Assembly (NCBI GenBank): GCA_000991405.1
Contig: LBRL01000001.1
Location: 456,466 to 520,465, forward strand
DNA length: 64,000 nt
DNA from: Candidatus Nomurabacteria bacterium GW2011_GWD2_36_14
Lineage (GTDB): Bacteria > Patescibacteriota > Minisyncoccia > Phycocordibacterales > UBA9973
Reading direction: 5' to 3'
The translations under genes and the position numbers were made by a program. Positions 48,953 through 59,273 of the stretch are shown here, in pieces. A model generated the notes under the pieces. That model did not search any database. It was given only the letters and a program-made list of their open reading frames with translations, and was not told the origin of the DNA. Numbering within the stretch: the stretch's first letter is position 1; each line of letters opens with the position of its first letter.

Positions 48953-51451
48953 CTAATTTTCTATATATATCGGATCTATATTCCCTACTTTAATTTCAGG
49001 GCATAGGAAAGGAAGAGAATCTATTCCCCCCTTACTACAAACTATACTATATCTTACTGTCTTTGCAGGCCAAAGAGTCTTGTTTCCTGATGAAGAACCC
49101 GTCCCTCCCAATAAATCTGTAGTAGAGCTACCAGCATACATCTCACAAGATGTAGCATCTGTCGAAGTCCAAGCTACATTCACAGAATCACCTGAATTTA
49201 TCTTAGTATTATTTGGAGTACAAGAAGTAACAACCGGCGAAGTTGATACTACTGGTGGAGTTGTAAATTGTTTAATTAATCCCCAACCATGACCCAAAGA
49301 ATTTGCGGCGAAAGCCCGAACATTATAAGTAGTGTTAGGTAATAATAAAGAATAGTTACTAGCAAAATTTCCCATACCTGCACCATCTATTTTTCTAAGC
49401 ATAAGGTTCTCAGGGTCATTAGGTGCTACATCCCAAGCTACTCCTCTTACAAGGACTGACAGTCCTCCACTATTTGTAACATTACCCCCCAGTATTGCAC
49501 TAGTTGAAGTTACACTTGTAGGAACTGAAGTTGTAACTGTTGGAACGGTATTGAATCCACTACATGCACTTGCTACTGTTCCAGACACTAAAGATGATGA
49601 AGCAGAATCCCCTGAAGCATTAGTGGCTTTAACTGTGTATGAATGAGTTGAATCAAGAGCAAGACCATCATCAGACCCACGACATGTACCATCTGAACAA
49701 TTATTGTAAGACGCTAGAGTAGAAGCCATTATAGGAGTTGCACTTCCATCTTTATAAACTTTATAATTTGTTGCACCTGTTGATGGTGTCCAGGCTAGGT
49801 TCAACCAAGAATTATTACAAGCACTGGGTGATACAGTAAGGTTTGTTGGGGTGGGTGGTGGGGTACAACCTGATACTAGTTTTGAAATTGTTGCAGTCCC
49901 AGAAGTTCCATTTGGTCCCATCGCTGTAAGATTATACGTATAAGTATTCCCTACAGTAAGTCCAGAATCTACAAAAGAATTTGCTGGGCCTGTATATCTA
50001 GGAGCACCAACACCAACTCTAAACAATTGATAAGTAGTAGCGGTTGGAACAAGATCCCATGATAAAGATAAGGACGTACTTCCACAAGCACTTTGAACTG
50101 CTTGAAAGTTTGTAGGAGTAGCAGTCTGATTAGATACAATCACATCAGTCCAAGAACTACAGTTATCATTTTCATTGGCAACTGATCCTTCGTTGATAGT
50201 TCCACTGTTTCCAGAAGAACTTTTGTCTGCACAAGCTCGTACTGAATATGTTCCTGCTGTTATAAATTTATGAGTAGTTTGAGCAACTGTAGCTGGACCT
50301 GTCCCACCGACAGCAAGTGCTGTCATAGAAGAAGAAGGCTTATCAGTTATAGTAGAAGTAGCAGGACAAATTCCTGCCTGAGAAGCAGTAGAACATATTT
50401 GGAAAAAATTGTTAAAACTTGCACCAGTTGAAGCTGTACCCTCATTTGAGATTGTAGAAGAGAATGTTGTGTCAACATTCAACATTGCCCAATTTGGAGT
50501 TGGAGCAGAAGCCTTAAGATTAGGATAAGGAGTTGCTAGTGTTTTGAAAGTTCCATTAGAAGATACTGATCCATTAGTAGAATAAGTGAGTCCTTTATCA
50601 TTCTCAGCTTTTCCACGGAAATAATAAGTAGTATTGGGAGTTAGTCCTGTAGCATCAAAGAAGAAAGTGCCCATGCCTGTGCCCGCTGAATAACAACTTG
50701 TAGAATTAAGTGCAAGTCCATAACAAATAGATCTGGAAACAGGAGGGTCATTGCCATCTGAAGTAACATTAGCAGATAGTCTTGCAGAAGTAGATGTAAT
50801 GTTAGTAGCTGGCTCTATAAGGAGTATAGAAGGAGGAAATGTACCTGCATTAAACGTTACAATACAAGTCTTACTTGAATCCATAGTTACTTGGCCATTA
50901 GCACAATTAGCTGACCAACTACTAAATGCATAACCTGAACCAGCAGACTGGGCAAGAGTAACTGAAGTTCCTGAAGGATATGATCCTGTACAATCAGCTC
51001 CACACGAGATAGCCCCAACAGTAGGAATATCAGATGTCACCGTCCCCGTCCCTACCTTAGTTATAGTGAGAGTATAATTAGTTGCTGCACCAAACGTTGC
51101 GGTACAATTTTTATTGGCATTATTATTGGCACTCATGGTAACAGTACCAAGTGACCCACAGTCTCCACCCCAGACTACTGTAGGTGAATTAGCTGTTATA
51201 GAAACTGCTCCTGTATTTAGAGGATATGTCTCGGTACAAGTAAGGGTTCCAGCTCCACAAACCTTACCAGTATCAAAAGTTATTATCCCAGTATTAGCCC
51301 CTGCCCCCAACTTTGTAACAGTAAGAATAGGATTTGGAGTCACGGTTACTGTTACCTTACTTCCTCCGTTTGTAGCACTAACAGAAGAAATACCTGTGAT
51401 GAAAAATGCAAGGAGAATAAATAAAAATATTTTTATGGTTTTCATATACAA
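48953..51451 (-). CDS. large secreted surface protein with InlB-B-repeat-like module and fibronectin type III-like domains; T/S/G/N-rich
   Basis: Signal peptide; TLTITKVGTGTVTSDIPTVGAISCGADCTGSYPSGTSVTLAQSA (InlB B-repeat-like); Fn3-like TNLTVSPSACNNSWLNLAWTPSTGATNYKVYKDG. Confidence 0.55.
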   Translation of the reverse strand: MYMKTIKIFLFILLAFFITGISSVSATNGGSKVTVTVTPNPILTVTKLGAGANTGIITFDTGKVCGAGTLTCTETYPLNTGAVSITANSPTVVWGGDCGSLGTVTMSANNNANKNCTATFGAATNYTLTITKVGTGTVTSDIPTVGAISCGADCTGSYPSGTSVTLAQSAGSGYAFSSWSANCANGQVTMDSSKTCIVTFNAGTFPPSILLIEPATNITSTSARLSANVTSDGNDPPVSRSICYGLALNSTSCYSAGTGMGTFFFDATGLTPNTTYYFRGKAENDKGLTYSTNGSVSSNGTFKTLATPYPNLKASAPTPNWAMLNVDTTFSSTISNEGTASTGASFNNFFQICSTASQAGICPATSTITDKPSSSMTALAVGGTGPATVAQTTHKFITAGTYSVRACADKSSSGNSGTINEGSVANENDNCSSWTDVIVSNQTATPTNFQAVQSACGSTSLSLSWDLVPTATTYQLFRVGVGAPRYTGPANSFVDSGLTVGNTYTYNLTAMGPNGTSGTATISKLVSGCTPPPTPTNLTVSPSACNNSWLNLAWTPSTGATNYKVYKDGSATPIMASTLASYNNCSDGTCRGSDDGLALDSTHSYTVKATNASGDSASSSLVSGTVASACSGFNTVPTVTTSVPTSVTSTSAILGGNVTNSGGLSVLVRGVAWDVAPNDPENLMLRKIDGAGMGNFASNYSLLLPNTTYNVRAFAANSLGHGWGLIKQFTTPPVVSTSPVVTSCTPNNTKINSGDSVNVAWTSTDATSCEMYAGSSTTDLLGGTGSSSGNKTLWPAKTVRYSIVCSKGGIDSLPFLCPEIKVGNIDPIYIEN

Positions 51452-51721
51452 ATTATAAAATAATGCTAAGCATTAATTAATTGATAAAAATACAAACTGT
51501 TTGATGTAAATTACTCCCCAAATTATACCACATAACACTTTATTTATGAACATAGCGTTTAATCCTCCAAAGCAAATATGCATTTAAAGCGTTTCAAATC
51601 TAAAAGTTGAACTAGAAATCCCAAAAAGTTATCCACAACATTATAATTTGTGATCCTCAAAATCAACTCCTGATAAAAAATAATGGTGGTTGTCCCCCCA
51701 TTTCCCTTTTCCATTATTAAA

Positions 51722-51976
51722 TCATTGAGTATTGTTTTTTTTAATATTTTTAAGATTTATTAGAGCAGAAATCATAAATGCCATTCCTGCTATAACACCC
51801 AAATATCTACCTAAACTATCTTCCCCTGTTAAAACCAAAGATACATTAATTACTATCATCAGAATACCACCAACCAAAACTAAAGTGTAGATATTTTTCT
51901 TTTTATTATCCATATATAAAAAATTAATTATTATACTAGTATTATACACCAGTAAAATAAAAAATTCTAGAAACAA
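51722..51976 (-). CDS. small hypothetical membrane protein
   Basis: 84 aa, two TM helices. Confidence 0.3.
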   Translation of the reverse strand: MFLEFFILLVYNTSIIINFLYMDNKKKNIYTLVLVGGILMIVINVSLVLTGEDSLGRYLGVIAGMAFMISALINLKNIKKNNTQ

Positions 51977-52182
51977 TGGTGGCTGACCCCAATTATCTTG
52001 ATAAATTTATTTTTAAAATAGGGTACAAATGGATCTATGTATAGGGGGAAATTTAAGCTGTTTTTAGCTCGCTAAATTATTAGTGGATTACCAATTGGTA
52101 ATCCACTTTTTGTTTTAAAAATAAGTATTGCTTAGTTATATATTAGTAGTAAAAAAACCACAATTAATCAATAATTGTGGTT

Positions 52183-52665
52183 TTAATCTTTAAGAACAAG
52201 TAAGCTTCTTTCAATCAATAGCTTCATGACATCTTTTTCCCAGTTATATTTGGAAATAAATTCTGGTATAGTCATAAGTTTTCTTTCAAAAGAATCCGAC
52301 TTGGGAACAAATTCATCTAGTACGCAATCCTTTGAAGCATAGAAAAGCATTACTTTATCTTTTCCTTCAAATTGAATTGTGGCGTAAGGCTTAGCATTAC
52401 CAATAATGGTATTTGACTCTTCATAAGTTTCTCTTTTAAGAGCATCTAGTAAACTAGGGTCTGTTTTATTAACGTGACCACCTGGTATATCCCAACCTCT
52501 TTCATTTCTTGCTGTAATTATTTGACCGTCAAAATATCCAACGAGAAATACAGCACTAACATTCTCAGGGTCTGGTAAAGAATTTTCATCAATGAAAAGA
52601 ATTTTCACATTTTTTACTAATACCTTCTCTTCCTTAATTATTACTTCGTTTCCATTTGAAATCAT
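52183..52665 (-). CDS. NUDIX hydrolase
   Basis: Nudix box GGHVNKTDPSLLDALKRETYEESN. Confidence 0.7.
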   Translation of the reverse strand: MISNGNEVIIKEEKVLVKNVKILFIDENSLPDPENVSAVFLVGYFDGQIITARNERGWDIPGGHVNKTDPSLLDALKRETYEESNTIIGNAKPYATIQFEGKDKVMLFYASKDCVLDEFVPKSDSFERKLMTIPEFISKYNWEKDVMKLLIERSLLVLKD

Positions 52666-52760
52666 ATGTACAATAATACCATCTTTTAGAGAAATTAATA
52701 AAAATCTATTATCTATTGCTATCTATCCTTTATTTAAATTATCAATTATAATAAAACTAT

Positions 52761-54512
52761 ATGGAAAAAGAAAACAAAATCTGCCAAAATTGTAAAAAAG
52801 ACTTTACAATCGAATCAGAGGATTTTATATTTTACGATAAAATAAAAGTTCCAGTACCAACTTTTTGTCCAGAATGTAGATCTATTCGTCGATTATTATG
52901 GAGAAATGAACACACACTATATAGAAGAATATGTAATTTATGTCAAAAACAAATTATATCTATTTACTCACAAGAATACCCTGGGTTGGTCTACTGTAAC
53001 AAATGCTTGCATTCTGATAAATGGGATTCTAATAATCAAAAAGAATATGATTTTTCGATACCATTCTTTATCCAATTTAAAGAATTAATAAACTCCACAC
53101 CACTATTAGCATTAAATATTTTTAATTCTGAAAATTGTCAATACAATAATCATATGAGTAATTGTAAGGACTGTTATTTATGTTTTCGAGTTCATAATTC
53201 CAAGAATATGCTCTATACTTATCGCGCAAAACCATGTAACGATTGCACAGACTGCATGGGGGTATTTAATTCTAGTTGGCTTTATTCATGTATTGAGTGC
53301 ATAGATTCAAATAATTCTAAATATTTAGAATTTTGTAGTGGATGTATTGAATCTTTGTTTTTGTATGACTGCCGAAATTGTATGTCTTGCTATATGTGCT
53401 CAAATTTACGTAATAAACAATACTGCTTTATGAATGAGCAATTAACCAAAGAAGAATACCTAAAAAGAATAAGTGAAATTGATTTTGGGTCACGAAACAC
53501 TACAAACAAACTCTTTTTGAAATTTGAAAATATAAAAGCAAATGCGATAAGAAAATATGCGCTGATAACCAATTCAAGTAACGTTACAGGGGACAACATT
53601 AGAAATTCTGAAAACTGCTATCAATGCTTCGATGTTGCTGATATTAAAAATGGAGCATATTTACTTGAAGTATTACACTCATCTCGAGATTCATATGATG
53701 CAATCGGAGGTGGAATGAATGAGCTAGTGTATGAATTTGGTGGAGTCTCTTGTAATAATGCTAAGTTCTGTTTAGATGTCTCTGAGTCAAGAAACATTGA
53801 ATATTGCCAATACAGTGAAAATAATCATGATTTATTTGGTTGTGTAGGATTAAAACATAAAGAATACTGTATTTTAAACAAGCAATACACAAAAGAAGAA
53901 TACGAATTACTTCTCCCAAAAATAATTAATCATATGAATAATATGCCTTATATCTCAAAAGATAATGTTATATATAAATATGGTGAATTTTTCCCAGAAG
54001 AATTATCCCCATTTGCATACAATGAATCATATGCACAAAATTTTTTCCCTTTAACTAAGAAACAAGCATTCGATACAAAAACAGGTTGGCACGAACAAGA
54101 AAAAAGAAACTATCCATTAACAATTGACTCTTCCAATTTAGAAGATAATATTTCCAATGTTACTAAAAATATTTTGGAAGAAACAATTGGTTGCGATCAT
54201 AGAGGGGAATGTCAAGAAAACAATAGTGAATGTAAAGCAATCTGTATTTCTGCTTTTAAAATAACTCCTGAAGAACTTCAATTCTATAAAAAAATGAACA
54301 TACCATTGCCAACATTATGCCCTAATTGTAGACAACACAAAAGACTATTGCAAAAAAACCCCATAAAGCTATGGCACCGTCAGTGTATGTGCAGTACAAA
54401 ACACACTCATCATAAGGATGAACGCTGTGACATAAAATTCGAAACTATATATTCTCCAGATAAATCAGAAATAGTCTATTGTTCAAAATGTTATCAACAG
54501 GAAATATATTAA
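52761..54512 (+). CDS. large Cys-rich protein of unknown function (paralog B)
   Basis: Same N- and C-terminal Cys motifs and internal C-x2-C/NK-Y-ILNKQYTKEEY repeats as 31249-32946. Confidence 0.5.
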   Translation: MEKENKICQNCKKDFTIESEDFIFYDKIKVPVPTFCPECRSIRRLLWRNEHTLYRRICNLCQKQIISIYSQEYPGLVYCNKCLHSDKWDSNNQKEYDFSIPFFIQFKELINSTPLLALNIFNSENCQYNNHMSNCKDCYLCFRVHNSKNMLYTYRAKPCNDCTDCMGVFNSSWLYSCIECIDSNNSKYLEFCSGCIESLFLYDCRNCMSCYMCSNLRNKQYCFMNEQLTKEEYLKRISEIDFGSRNTTNKLFLKFENIKANAIRKYALITNSSNVTGDNIRNSENCYQCFDVADIKNGAYLLEVLHSSRDSYDAIGGGMNELVYEFGGVSCNNAKFCLDVSESRNIEYCQYSENNHDLFGCVGLKHKEYCILNKQYTKEEYELLLPKIINHMNNMPYISKDNVIYKYGEFFPEELSPFAYNESYAQNFFPLTKKQAFDTKTGWHEQEKRNYPLTIDSSNLEDNISNVTKNILEETIGCDHRGECQENNSECKAICISAFKITPEELQFYKKMNIPLPTLCPNCRQHKRLLQKNPIKLWHRQCMCSTKHTHHKDERCDIKFETIYSPDKSEIVYCSKCYQQEIY

Positions 54513-54522
54513 AAACTTATCA

Positions 54523-55488
54523 TTAAGATAACGCTACATAGTTCAGCCAAGATAAGTATCTCTCGTCTTCTCCATGGACTGCATGCTGATAGGCTAATTT
54601 AATTTCTTTTACTATTGGACCTTCTTCTTTATTATTTAAAATATATTCATTGATTTTTGATATTGCATTTACTTCAGATGCAGTACCAGTAAAAAATGCT
54701 TCAGTAAATGTGGGTATTTCATCTATGGAAATATTTTTTTCAATTACTTCATAACCAAGATCGTTTGCGATACGCATTATACTTGCACGAGTAAAACCAG
54801 AAAGAATAGCATTCTCATTTGGGGTGTATAAAACTTTATCTTTCACAAAGAAAATATTTTCACCAGCACCCTCAGCAATATACCCATTTTCATCAAGAAA
54901 TAATGCCTTTTCAAAACCATCTCTTTTAGCATCCAACAGGGCCAAAATAGAATTGGCATAATTACCTGATATTTTTGCAGTCATATCGCTCAAATTAGAA
55001 CTCATTCTAATATATGGCGATACTTTGACAGTAACTGTTTCTCTGGGAAGATATTTCCCCCATTGCCATGTTGCTATAGCAAAATGAATCGGGGTATCAT
55101 CAGTCGGCAAAAGATCCATTTTTTCTCCATAAAATATAATTGGTCGTATGTAGCATTCATTATAATTATTTTGTTTTATTAAATTAATTATCGCAATCAT
55201 TATATCGTTTTCTGAATATGGAATGGTCATTCCCATTATTTTGGCAGAATGAAATAAATGATGTATATGATCTTTCAGACGAAAAACTGCGGGCCCTTTT
55301 GGAGTAAAATAACAACGAATCCCCTCAAAAACACCAGAACCATAGAATAGGCTGTGTGTTAACAATGGAATTCGAGCATCAGCGAGATCCATTACTTTTC
55401 CATCAAACCATATTTTTTTAGACAATGTTTCTGCTTTCATATATTTATTAATTAAAAATAAAATATTAGATATTAACCTGATAACCAT
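54523..55488 (-). CDS. class IV PLP aminotransferase (branched-chain / D-amino-acid aminotransferase family)
   Basis: 321 aa; fold-type IV pattern incl. EGAGENIFFVKD and catalytic-Lys region; 23-nt overlap with upstream PheRS-like gene. Confidence 0.65.
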   Translation of the reverse strand: MVIRLISNILFLINKYMKAETLSKKIWFDGKVMDLADARIPLLTHSLFYGSGVFEGIRCYFTPKGPAVFRLKDHIHHLFHSAKIMGMTIPYSENDIMIAIINLIKQNNYNECYIRPIIFYGEKMDLLPTDDTPIHFAIATWQWGKYLPRETVTVKVSPYIRMSSNLSDMTAKISGNYANSILALLDAKRDGFEKALFLDENGYIAEGAGENIFFVKDKVLYTPNENAILSGFTRASIMRIANDLGYEVIEKNISIDEIPTFTEAFFTGTASEVNAISKINEYILNNKEEGPIVKEIKLAYQHAVHGEDERYLSWLNYVALS

Positions 55489-56725
55489 CAGTATTACCTT
55501 GATGAAGCTTGGGATATGCTAGAGAATAAAGTTCCGCTGATTCTTTCTTTGTCAGTGTTTTATCAGGGTGTCTAAGAATAATACGAACAAGCACATTATC
55601 TTGACCTTCTTTTGCTCCAAGTCTTTCCTTTGCAATTGGTTGCAACTTATCATAAGAAGTTCTTTCTAGTATCTTAACCTCTTCTAATAAATCCGCCTTT
55701 TCTCCAAAGACATTTTTTATAGCTTCACATATATCTTCCTCGGAGTCATTTTTATTAACACAATATGACATATCACGTGCTATTGCTGGCTGATTAGAGA
55801 CATTTTCAAACTTTCTCATATTAGTCATTTGTTTGATAACACGAGGATCTGTAGAACGTATTAGTCTAATGTCTGGTAAATTTTTCCGAGCCATAATCAA
55901 TCTCTCAACGCCCATACCAAGAGCAAGTCCAGAATATTGATCTGGATCAATACCAGAATTCCTTAATACGTCTGGATGAGCAAGACCTGCTTCTAAAACT
56001 TCTATTTCTTTCCCATCAACTTTTGCATAAACTTCAATGCCGTCAATAGTATAAGGGTGCTTTGCTTCATAAACAATCATTTCAGCTTCTGGACAAGCTG
56101 CCTCAAAAACAGTATTAGCTAAATCTAATAAATCTTTTCTCGTAACTTTTCCATATTTTTTACTATCTTGAAGCGTCCAAACATCAATTTGATGAAAAAC
56201 ATCCAAATGTTTAGGGTCAATAACATCACGCCTATACACTAAACCTGGAAGAACAAAGGTTGAACGATCTATATTTTTTTGTAATTTTTCAAATGTTGAT
56301 GGAATTAAAGCAGACGTATGCGTTCTAAGAACATGATTACCATCTACATATCTTGTATAAGTTGAGGAACGCCCAGGATTTCCAGGAGAGAATAACAGGC
56401 TATCAAAATTATCTTTTGCATCAACTTTAGGATCTGATCTCACAACATGAATATCTGGAAAGTGATACTTATTTAACTTTTCAATAACTTGATCATATAT
56501 TCTACCAATAATATTTCTTTCTTGGCCTTCTTCTGTTGGTAAAGTTAAATCTTTAATAGAAAGAAGTTTTTCGATCGTTTCAGGAGAGGAAATTTCAAAC
56601 TTGAGTTGCATAGGTAGCTCTGGATTTTCTTTTGAAATTTCTGTCTTCGCTCTTTCAAGTGCGCTAATATAAGGAGTTTTTTCAGACTTATCTTGATATT
56701 TTTCCATATTTATATAATACCACAC
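55466..56725 (-). CDS. PheRS alpha-like class II aaRS catalytic domain + C-terminal FDX-ACB-like domain (monomeric mitochondrial-type architecture), paralog 1
   Basis: Motif 1 region NFDSLLFSPGNPGRS, motif 2 LRTHTSALIP...GLVYRRD...FHQID, motif 3 GLALGMGVERLIMA; C-terminal FENVSNQPAIARDMSYCV resembles FDX-ACB; no pheT adjacent. Confidence 0.6.
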   Translation of the reverse strand: MWYYINMEKYQDKSEKTPYISALERAKTEISKENPELPMQLKFEISSPETIEKLLSIKDLTLPTEEGQERNIIGRIYDQVIEKLNKYHFPDIHVVRSDPKVDAKDNFDSLLFSPGNPGRSSTYTRYVDGNHVLRTHTSALIPSTFEKLQKNIDRSTFVLPGLVYRRDVIDPKHLDVFHQIDVWTLQDSKKYGKVTRKDLLDLANTVFEAACPEAEMIVYEAKHPYTIDGIEVYAKVDGKEIEVLEAGLAHPDVLRNSGIDPDQYSGLALGMGVERLIMARKNLPDIRLIRSTDPRVIKQMTNMRKFENVSNQPAIARDMSYCVNKNDSEEDICEAIKNVFGEKADLLEEVKILERTSYDKLQPIAKERLGAKEGQDNVLVRIILRHPDKTLTKKESAELYSLAYPKLHQGNTDGYQVNI

Positions 56726-56774
56726 ATATTCATTGTTGCAAATACTTCTATTATAGATTATATTTATAAATATT

Positions 56775-57833
56775 ATGGATAAAAAAATTTATAAAGAAGT
56801 TTTAAGTGAAGTAGAGAAAATAAATTCTCCATTTGTTTCTAAGCAAGGAGAAAATATATACATAATAACAGGAGATCTTTTTAATAAAGTTATAAAATTT
56901 TTTCCACCCCATCTCAAAGATAAAACAGCATCAGTTCCACTTTCAAGTTTGTATTCTGTTTTTTTTCATAAACAAACTAACGGATTAGTTGTAGTCAACA
57001 AGGGCGCTTCCCTACTATCGAGAAGTGTTCTGAGTGGAAGATATATGGTTATACGTCATATAGGATTTGTAGTATATCTCCCTAACCAAGGAATAGAAAT
57101 TATTGATGTTGGGGTTGCAGGTAATTTACATAAAAGTAAATTTACCATCTTGCGACCAGAATCAGCATGCTCACCAGGCTTTATGTTTGGATCACAACGT
57201 TGTAATTGTTACGATCAATGGACATTGTCAAAAGAATTAGCACACGAATATAATTTAATTACAAAGCCGAACCTATCTTCAGTTGAACTTGAAAAATTTC
57301 TAACTTCTGAAATGTTTTTAGATGAGAATAATAATCTAACATCAAAATCAGATGGGCAAGCATTTATAATGGCACACTTTACATCACAAAACGGAATGGG
57401 TAGTGGTGTCATAGAAAATAGTTTCGTTCCTGACTTAACCGCAAATGCTTTTATTCGACATAGAGGTGAATATTCTGCTGAACAAATTCATAAAGTATCA
57501 GTTGCGGGAGGATTTGAATCACTAGGAATAAAACCCGACCCAAGAAAATTAAATAGCGGACTTTCTTTTAGATTAATATCTACTGTTCTTGATTATCTTA
57601 ATGCCCCTAAAAAAATTGTTGCCTTAACAAATAATACTGATAAAATAAATGCCTTAAATAATTCTGGTTATGAAGTTCAAAGACTTCAATTGGTTGCTAG
57701 GGCTGGAGATGGATGCGAAATAGAAATAGATGATCGACGAAACGAATTCGGACATTTAATCCCTGAAAACATATGTGTCTCTTGGGAAGAAGAGCTTGTT
57801 AGGCTAAAGAGTGAAATAAATTCATTATTATAA
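56775..57833 (+). CDS. GTP cyclohydrolase II (RibA)-like enzyme with ~120-aa N-terminal extension
   Basis: Zinc motif C-x10-C-x-C (ACSPGFMFGSQRCNCYDQW); C-terminal IVALTNNTDKINALNNSGYEV like RibA. Confidence 0.55.
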   Translation: MDKKIYKEVLSEVEKINSPFVSKQGENIYIITGDLFNKVIKFFPPHLKDKTASVPLSSLYSVFFHKQTNGLVVVNKGASLLSRSVLSGRYMVIRHIGFVVYLPNQGIEIIDVGVAGNLHKSKFTILRPESACSPGFMFGSQRCNCYDQWTLSKELAHEYNLITKPNLSSVELEKFLTSEMFLDENNNLTSKSDGQAFIMAHFTSQNGMGSGVIENSFVPDLTANAFIRHRGEYSAEQIHKVSVAGGFESLGIKPDPRKLNSGLSFRLISTVLDYLNAPKKIVALTNNTDKINALNNSGYEVQRLQLVARAGDGCEIEIDDRRNEFGHLIPENICVSWEEELVRLKSEINSLL

Positions 57834-57844
57834 TAATAAATTAT

Positions 57845-59233
57845 ATGAAAAAAAAAGTTAATATTGCAATTATTGGTGGTTCGGGGTACTGGTCCGACAG
57901 AAATCATAATAAAAATATACTGGAATTAAAAGATGAACTTACAATTCAACTTACCGCAATTGTTGATCCTATCGACCCTAGAACTGTCAATATTAATAAT
58001 AATACAATAAAACTTTGTACTATCGATAATACCGTATGGATAAACCCTAAAGATTTTAAAAATACAGATGAAATTATTAAAAATCTTAAAGAAAAACTAG
58101 ATGTTAATCTTGTAATTATCGCATCAAACCCTTGCGCACATTTTGAATATGGTATTAGTTGCTTGAAATATGGAATAAATGTCATATGTGATAAACCAAT
58201 AATTAGCAACTATAATGCCTCAACAAGTATAGCTGCCGCTTCCCATATCCGAGAACAATATAATGAACTTCTTGAAGCTTATTATAGAGCTAGAAGACAA
58301 TATCCGAATTTAATGTTCCATTCGATTTTGAGAAGACGATCACTTGAGTCATTTACAAAAGTGGCTAACGAATTAAATAAGGTATACAAAAAAACAAAAG
58401 CCGGAATAAACAATATGACTATGTTGATTAATGGTGGAGTATGTAAACTACCAGCAGAGTTAAGTAACCCAGGGGCTCACGGATATCTTGATGGAGTAGG
58501 ATCACTATCTCATTCCGCATATCACTACATTGATGCTATAGCTTGGTTTGTTTCTATGGCACCAGGAAAAACAGTTGAAATTGTTCCAAAACTTAATTAC
58601 ATAACTAGGATTAATGACTATTTAGATTCTGAAACTTATACAAGTATTGTAAGTATTATAAATGCTAGTCAAGACTCTTTATTAAAACCAAAGCTTTCAA
58701 AAGAAACATTGGGGTGTGAACTTAATGTAGGGTTTACATTTATTATGAACAATAAAGAAAATATTCAGGTTGGTATAATATCTCTTCTTTTCAATCATAT
58801 AAGTTTTACCACCAGAATTAATAATTATGATAAATCAGTTCGAGAGCCAGGAGACCACAAAGGTGGAGGAAGAATGTCTCAGTCTTTTATTGATGTTCAC
58901 CAAGAAGGTTTACAAAACTGGCAGATAATGAAAAACAATGTGGCATTAGGTGATAACACAATTTTACTCCAAGGAAGAAGACACCCATCCATAGAGGGAG
59001 TTGGTTTTGAATGTAAAAATTACGAAAATGCATACGATACTGGTATCAGTATGAAGGAATTATTAGCACATGCAATTAAATACATAGCGGAAGAAAAAGA
59101 TTTAATTGGTCATTCTGTAATAAGAGAACTCCCAGAAGAAAGACTAGCTATTGATATTTACACCTCTTGTTATGAATTAATTGCCAGAGAATACAATAGC
59201 GAGCCTCTTCAAGTCCCAGGAATAAAAATATAA
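57845..59233 (+). CDS. Gfo/Idh/MocA-family NAD(P)-dependent oxidoreductase
   Basis: N-terminal Rossmann VNIAIIGGSGYWS...; VICDKPI motif; 462 aa. Confidence 0.55.
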   Translation: MKKKVNIAIIGGSGYWSDRNHNKNILELKDELTIQLTAIVDPIDPRTVNINNNTIKLCTIDNTVWINPKDFKNTDEIIKNLKEKLDVNLVIIASNPCAHFEYGISCLKYGINVICDKPIISNYNASTSIAAASHIREQYNELLEAYYRARRQYPNLMFHSILRRRSLESFTKVANELNKVYKKTKAGINNMTMLINGGVCKLPAELSNPGAHGYLDGVGSLSHSAYHYIDAIAWFVSMAPGKTVEIVPKLNYITRINDYLDSETYTSIVSIINASQDSLLKPKLSKETLGCELNVGFTFIMNNKENIQVGIISLLFNHISFTTRINNYDKSVREPGDHKGGGRMSQSFIDVHQEGLQNWQIMKNNVALGDNTILLQGRRHPSIEGVGFECKNYENAYDTGISMKELLAHAIKYIAEEKDLIGHSVIRELPEERLAIDIYTSCYELIAREYNSEPLQVPGIKI

Positions 59234-59273
59234 TCAATGAATAAATAGGTAATTTAAATATATTAATTTAAAC

